Shown here: piece by piece, positions 58,824 to 64,000 of the stretch
How the letters are laid out: every line of letters begins with the position of its first letter
Numbering within the stretch: the first letter of the stretch is position 1
Source of the DNA: Candidatus Latescibacterota bacterium
GTDB taxonomy: Bacteria; Latescibacterota; UBA2968; GCA-2709665
NCBI GenBank assembly: GCA_965237675.1
Contig: OZ250150.1
Span: 2,208,001 to 2,272,000, forward strand
DNA: 64,000 nucleotides
Direction of reading: 5' to 3'
The notes under the pieces: model-generated
What the model was told of the DNA's origin: nothing
The model's database searches: none
The model's input: only the letters and a program-made list of their open reading frames with translations
Program-made: the position numbers and the translations under genes

Positions 58824-59336
58824 GAGCGTTCCGATGCTTGTGCCGTCGTTTCAAGGAACCAGAGGACGTAATTGCACAACGCGCTCGAATCGAATTCAGC
58901 CCCACCGAGAACAACGTGGCCTCGAAAAATAGGAGTATTTTGTCCAGACCATTCTCGATATCTGTCAACCGACATCTTGAATTTCAGAAACCCTCATCGC
59001 GATCCAGGCTTCTCACAGCGACATCGAGCGTTTCGCTAATGCGAAATCACTTCCTGCCAAAACGACGCCAATTTGCCCCAGATGCGATCGACGTCACTCT
59101 TACTTTCAGAAACGATGGCTGATGCCACGACGGATAAATTAACTTTTTTATGTTGTAGAATTACGTTTATATATTTTACGCAGGGCACTAACTTAAAAAA
59201 ATAGATGATGAATTCAAATTGAATTCTGAGGTTCTATGGACGAAAATTGGTTGATTCTGTTTCGCTTTGACCCATCCGGGACGCTACTGCAATGGCGGTC
59301 GAAGTACCTAGGAGTCTGCGTCGTAGAAAAACTACC

Positions 59337-59383
59337 ATACTATATATGGAGCAAGAATCACTTATAAGCGCTATATATAGTGG
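59337..59383. promoter_or_regulatory. Tandem NrdR-box-like palindromes
   Basis: ATACTATATATGGAGC and GCGCTATATATAGTGG at 31-bp spacing. Confidence 0.5.
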
Positions 59384-59476
59384 TATTCAGTGCCCAAATC
59401 CGTTCTGGGGCGCAGACTCCTAGCCCTGTTCTGGAACATCTTTTAGACAGACGACTAAGGAAGTGATTGCCTGTAC

Positions 59477-60600
59477 ATGAGCGAAGGTCTCTTCGAATAT
59501 TTCGGCAACATATCGGAACCTCTGCTGCTGCGAGACATCCATAGCCACAACCGGTCTATGGGGCTTCCCGAGTTCCGTCCGCCCGTGCCGTTCGGTCCAG
59601 TGCTGACGTTTCTGGTGACGCCCGTCCGGCACATAGGCGGGTCTCTGGGCGATATCTATCTTGGCAATAAGTGGGGTGGACGCGAGCACACTGAGGATGA
59701 CGAATTTACGCTCGTGATGTTTGCATCCCAGGCGGCGTTGGTTGTCGGCAAACTGCGGAACTACAGGGACGACCAACGAGCCATGACACGCTTTGAGACC
59801 CTGATCAACACCACGCCGAAACGGGCAAGTTGATGTCATTCAACCGGGTAGTCGCGAGGATTTTGGAGGGCGTGCGAATCAGCGGTCGAAACCATGAGAG
59901 ACTCCTGGAAGTTGTGACGATCCGCCGATCCGATGGACGGGAGTTCTCCCTTGTGGAACACTCCTTGGCGCAGGCTATAAAAACGGGCGAGTCCGAACAC
60001 GCCGAGGAAGTTGCCTTTCAGGTGCCTGACGTACGTAAGGTCACCGCTCTCCTTAACGCCACGCCCATTCGTACCGCCGACGGATCCATCGAGTCCTTTG
60101 TCGTGACCCTTCAGGGCACGGCGCCCCTGGAGAACTTGGAGCGGCTTCAGGCCGAATTCCTGGCCACGGCAAGCCACGAAATGCGGGCGCCGCTGACTGC
60201 CATCAAGGTTTCCGCCGCCACGGTTCTGGGTGACGATTTACACCTGGATCCGACGGAGATAATGTAGTTTTTCCGAATCATTAATCAGCAGGCCGACCGT
60301 ATGGGCGTTCTGAGCAACGACATTCTGGACGTGGCGCGTATCGAGACGGCACCCTGACGGTCAACTCCGAACCTACGGAGGTACCGGACCTTGTGGAGCA
60401 GGCCCGAAACTTTTCAGTGGGCGAGCTGCACATCGATTACGCTGGACGCAACGTGATCATTTCAGGACGGAGAGTACGGCTGACGGACATCGAGTACAGC
60501 CTGCTTGTGGAGCTTTCGACCCGCGCGGGAAAGGTCATCACCTACGTGCGTCTGCTGGAACGGGTGTGGAACGTAAAACCCACCCGTGACAGGCTGGTCC
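59477..60600 (+). pseudogene. Decayed hybrid sensor/regulator (GAF-PAS-HisKA...winged helix)
   Basis: Three frames: EDDEFTLVMFASQAA; LLNATPIR..ASHEMRAPLTAIK then TAG followed by FFRIINQQADRM; LTDIEYSLLVELS..LLERVW. HATPase and receiver domains are missing. Confidence 0.85.
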
Positions 60601-61440
60601 GCCCGCGGGACCAGCGCGCGGTTGCGGCGTCGCCACGGGGTCATGTAATTCGGGCCTCTATCCGTGCATCGGCCGGCCGGGAGGGTTTGGCAAGCGGAGC
60701 ACGCGACAGAGGCCCGCGTCCTGGTTCATCTCATGTATGTTATCCGATTTCTGATTGCGAGTCAAGCCCCTGCGATCGAAACCGGAGGTTTTTTTCCAAG
60801 TCCGGACGCTCGTTGATGCGTACGCTCGCCGCTCTCAACCGCGAACGAAGGGATCACGCCGCGTCCCGATCTCTTGTGTAAGCTCCTCTGTTGGTTTGAT
60901 GCGCCCCTACTTGTTCCGCCATTGTAACGTGAGTGTTTAAATCCGACACCACGCCCCCGGCACTTTCACTGAACAAAGACCGAAATTTAACTTAAACGTC
61001 ACAAATTTGATTGCAACGCTGACAGATTTAATACATATTCAGCCTCGGACAAGCCCCGTGACCGGGGCGGGCTCCCGTCGTGAATTTCCCCACGAAGAGA
61101 AACAGGTTGACGGAGGACGGGCACACGGGGGACGTCTTCCTGAAAGCGGTTGTGACGATCATGCATCAAAACGGGAACGAGGCGGCGATGTGGAAGAATC
61201 TGATCGCAGCTGTGTGTCGGGTGTCTGCGTTGACATTTCCGGCAATGGCCGGTGACATCATGATCCGGGGATACTGAATATCGGCGTGGTCGAAGCGGAT
61301 GGGCCTGGCGCCAACGGTGCGGGCAGGTGGGTGAAGGTTGCCCTCACAAGAGGCTGGCGCCGTCGTATTACAGGCTAAGGGGACCGTGGTCGATCCTTGT
61401 GGAGGTGTTTTCCGCAATGGCAACAGTAAAGGAGTGCGGC

Positions 61441-64000
61441 ATGGGTAACGAAATCTTCGACAAGAAAACGGCGGTGTCGATGCTGGTGCTCATCGCGCTG
61501 TTTTGCAGCATTTCAGTGTCTGGCGCCGGCGTGGGCGTGATGGAGGAGGACCACCGGACGTGGCATCTGCCCGACGGCGCGACTGCGCGCCTGGGAAAGG
61601 GAGCTATTGGATCGGGGGACCGCGCGGTGGCTCTTTCTTCTGACGGGCGGACGCTGGCCGTGGCCAGCGGCATCGGCGTGTGGCTGTACGACGGGGCCAC
61701 GGCTAACATACTGGCGCTTTTGCCGACTTCCGGCCGGGTCAATTCGGTGTCGTTTTCGCCGGATGGGGGTACGCTGGCCACGGTTTCAGAGGACGGCACG
61801 GTATTATTGTGGGACGTGGTAACGCGATCAGAGGCAGCCACTCTCGATGTATCTGCGGGTAGAGTCACTTCGGTGGTGTTTTCGCCGGAAGGGGACATGC
61901 TGGCGGCCGCGTCGGAGGATGGCGCGGTGCAGCTGTGGGACGCGGCGTCGAGATCACAGACGGCCACCCTCGAAGGTCATTCGGATAATGTCAATTCAGT
62001 GGTGTTTTCGCCGGATGGCGGCACGCTGGCCACCGCATCGGAGGATGGCACCGTGTTGCTTTGGGACGTGAGCACGCGAATGCAGGCCGGCACGCTCGAA
62101 GGGCTTGCTGATGATGTCACTTCGCTGTCGTTTTCGCAAGACGGTGGCACGCTGGCCACCGCGTCGGGGGATAGCTCGGTGTTGCTGTGGGACGTCGCCT
62201 CACCATCGGAGGCAGACACCCTTAAGGGTGATACGGGCAGTATCACTCTGGTAGCGTTTTCACCGGATGCGGACACACTGGTCACAGCGTCGGAGGATGG
62301 CAACGTGTTGCTGTGGAACGTCGGCAGGCGATGGGTGGTCGACACCCTCGAAGGGCATACGGGTAGCGTCACATCGGTGATGTTTTCGAGGGACGGCGGC
62401 ACGCTGGCCACCGCGTCAAAGGATGGCACGGTAAGGATCTGGGACGTGGAGACAGGGTATTTCGTCGCATTTGGCGGTCATAAATCCGCTGTCAATTCGG
62501 TCATGTTTTCGTCGGATGTTGACACGTTGGTCTCCGGGTCTGCGGGGGGCGCGGTAAACCTGTGGGACGCAAGCGCGGGAATACAGGTAGGTGCCTTCCT
62601 GGGGCATGGCGGAAGCGTCACGTCGATGGCGTTTTCGCCGGTCGGGGACACGCTGGCTACCGCGTCGGAGGATAGCACGGTGCTGCTGTGGGACGTGGCC
62701 TCGAGATCGGAGGCAGCCACCCTTGAAGTTCACGCGGGCGGTGTGACTTCGGTCGTGTATTCGCCGGACGGGGACACGTTGGCCACCGCGTCGGAGGATG
62801 GCACGGTGCTGCTGTGGGACGTTGCCACGCGAAGAGTGGTTGCCACCCTCGAAGGGCATAGAGGAGGTGTGACTTCGGTCGTGTATTCGCCGGACGGGGA
62901 CACGTTGGCCACCGCGTCGGAGGATGGCACGGTGAGGCTGTGGGACGTTGCCACGCGAAGAGTGGTTGCCACCCTCGAAGGGCATAGAGGAGGTGTTACT
63001 TCGGTGATTTTTTCACCGGATGGCGGCACGCTGGCCTCCGGTTCGAAGGATGGCGCGGTAAGGTTATGGGACGTGGCCTTGCAAACACAGGTCGCAACCC
63101 TGCAAGGACATTCAGACGGAATCGGATCACTGGCGTTTTCGAAGGACGGCAGCAGGCTTGCCTCCGGGTCGCGCGACAACACCGTCAAGGTGTGGGACGT
63201 GCACGCCCGAATCGAGGTCGCGACATTGGAGGGTCATAACGGCGACGTTCGTTCGGTTGTGTTTTCTTCGGATTGGGCCACGTTGGCCTCGGGGTCGGAG
63301 GATGGCACGGTGCTGCTGTGGGATCTGTCTGAGTGGCCGGGTCTCCGACCATTCGGTCTGGAGGTCATCTCCGGCGACGGACAGGAGGGCGCGCCCGGTG
63401 GTGCGCTTGCCGACCCCCTGGTCGTGGAAGTGAAAGATCAGAACGGCGAGCCCCTGCCCGATGCCGCCGTCGCCTATACTGTCACGGCCGGCGACGGCAA
63501 GCTCGGCGGGAGGTTCACAGTCCGGCATACACGGACGGATGCGGACGGCCGCGCAGCCACCACCCTGACGCTGGGTGCCCGGGCGGGCACAAACACCGTG
63601 GTGGTAACGCTCGGCGGTCGTGAGTTGGCGACCTTTTCCGCAGAAGGTGTGGGAACCCCCGCGGTCGTGTTGGACGGGGACTACCGGAAATGGCGTCTGC
63701 CCCAGGGGGCGACGGCGCGCCTGGGCAAAGGAGCCATTGGCCAGAGCGACCGCGCGGTAGCCCTTTCGCCGGATGCACGAACGCTGGCCGTGGCCAGCGG
63801 CATTGGTGTCTGGTTGTATGAAGTGAGCACCTCCCGTGCCTCCGCTCTGCTGCCAAGTCCCGCTCGTGTCCATTCAGTGGCGTTTTCACGGCAGGGCACC
63901 CTCGCGGCGGGGTTGAACAATGGCCAGGTCGAATTATGGAATGTGGAGTTTGGCGCACGGGTCGCCACGCTGAAGGGTCATGCGGATCGGGTCAACTCGG
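61441..64000 (+). CDS. Secreted WD40-repeat protein with Big-1-like domain, runs off the window
   Basis: AAGGAG RBS, signal peptide, WHLPDGATARLGKG, about 14 VxFSPDGxTLATASEDGTVxLWD repeats, ISGDGQEG..PLVVEVKDQNG, then a second propeller. Missing from the ORF track. Confidence 0.92.
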   Translation, partial: MGNEIFDKKTAVSMLVLIALFCSISVSGAGVGVMEEDHRTWHLPDGATARLGKGAIGSGDRAVALSSDGRTLAVASGIGVWLYDGATANILALLPTSGRVNSVSFSPDGGTLATVSEDGTVLLWDVVTRSEAATLDVSAGRVTSVVFSPEGDMLAAASEDGAVQLWDAASRSQTATLEGHSDNVNSVVFSPDGGTLATASEDGTVLLWDVSTRMQAGTLEGLADDVTSLSFSQDGGTLATASGDSSVLLWDVASPSEADTLKGDTGSITLVAFSPDADTLVTASEDGNVLLWNVGRRWVVDTLEGHTGSVTSVMFSRDGGTLATASKDGTVRIWDVETGYFVAFGGHKSAVNSVMFSSDVDTLVSGSAGGAVNLWDASAGIQVGAFLGHGGSVTSMAFSPVGDTLATASEDSTVLLWDVASRSEAATLEVHAGGVTSVVYSPDGDTLATASEDGTVLLWDVATRRVVATLEGHRGGVTSVVYSPDGDTLATASEDGTVRLWDVATRRVVATLEGHRGGVTSVIFSPDGGTLASGSKDGAVRLWDVALQTQVATLQGHSDGIGSLAFSKDGSRLASGSRDNTVKVWDVHARIEVATLEGHNGDVRSVVFSSDWATLASGSEDGTVLLWDLSEWPGLRPFGLEVISGDGQEGAPGGALADPLVVEVKDQNGEPLPDAAVAYTVTAGDGKLGGRFTVRHTRTDADGRAATTLTLGARAGTNTVVVTLGGRELATFSAEGVGTPAVVLDGDYRKWRLPQGATARLGKGAIGQSDRAVALSPDARTLAVASGIGVWLYEVSTSRASALLPSPARVHSVAFSRQGTLAAGLNNGQVELWNVEFGARVATLKGHADRVNS
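62740..62996 (+). repeat. Near-perfect 126-bp tandem duplication of one WD40 blade
   Basis: Units at 62740 and 62866 differ at 2 nt (CTG vs AGG). Confidence 0.9.

Noticed and set aside
61368-63968. Minus-strand ORFs in the ORF track
   Set aside because: Antisense to the WD40 gene, which reads continuously on the plus strand from 61441.

Overview
GC-rich bacterial chromosomal segment. The gene content (PhyH dioxygenases, WD40 'LPxGATARLGKG' protein, Calx-beta/FN3/cadherin autotransporter, FlgD-type C-terminal domain) resembles host- or sponge-associated Latescibacterota/Gemmatimonadota-like genomes; this is inference, not a taxonomic result. Core loci: a complete phosphate cluster (pstSCAB-phoU, CHAD-ParA-ppk1, phoB/phoR), a NUDIX-coxD-coxE-xdhC block, pspA with a sigma-54 promoter, an RNase II-family gene, RidA, two TonB-dependent receptors, a 2697-aa autotransporter adhesin, an IS256-family element, and several pseudogenes. 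Intergenic DNA is densely filled with several MITE/REP-like families. The most unusual pattern is three accessory segments, each bracketed by a duplication of host sequence at a gene 3' end (147 bp, 10 bp and about 660 bp), with no integrase in the window. Other candidates: a CHAD-ParA-PPK1 module that may position polyphosphate granules, a duplicated transglycosylase-like protein lacking its catalytic motif, a six-unit Pho-box array, and an orphan pair of NrdR-like boxes. No rRNA, tRNA or CRISPR array was recognised. All identities were counted by eye.
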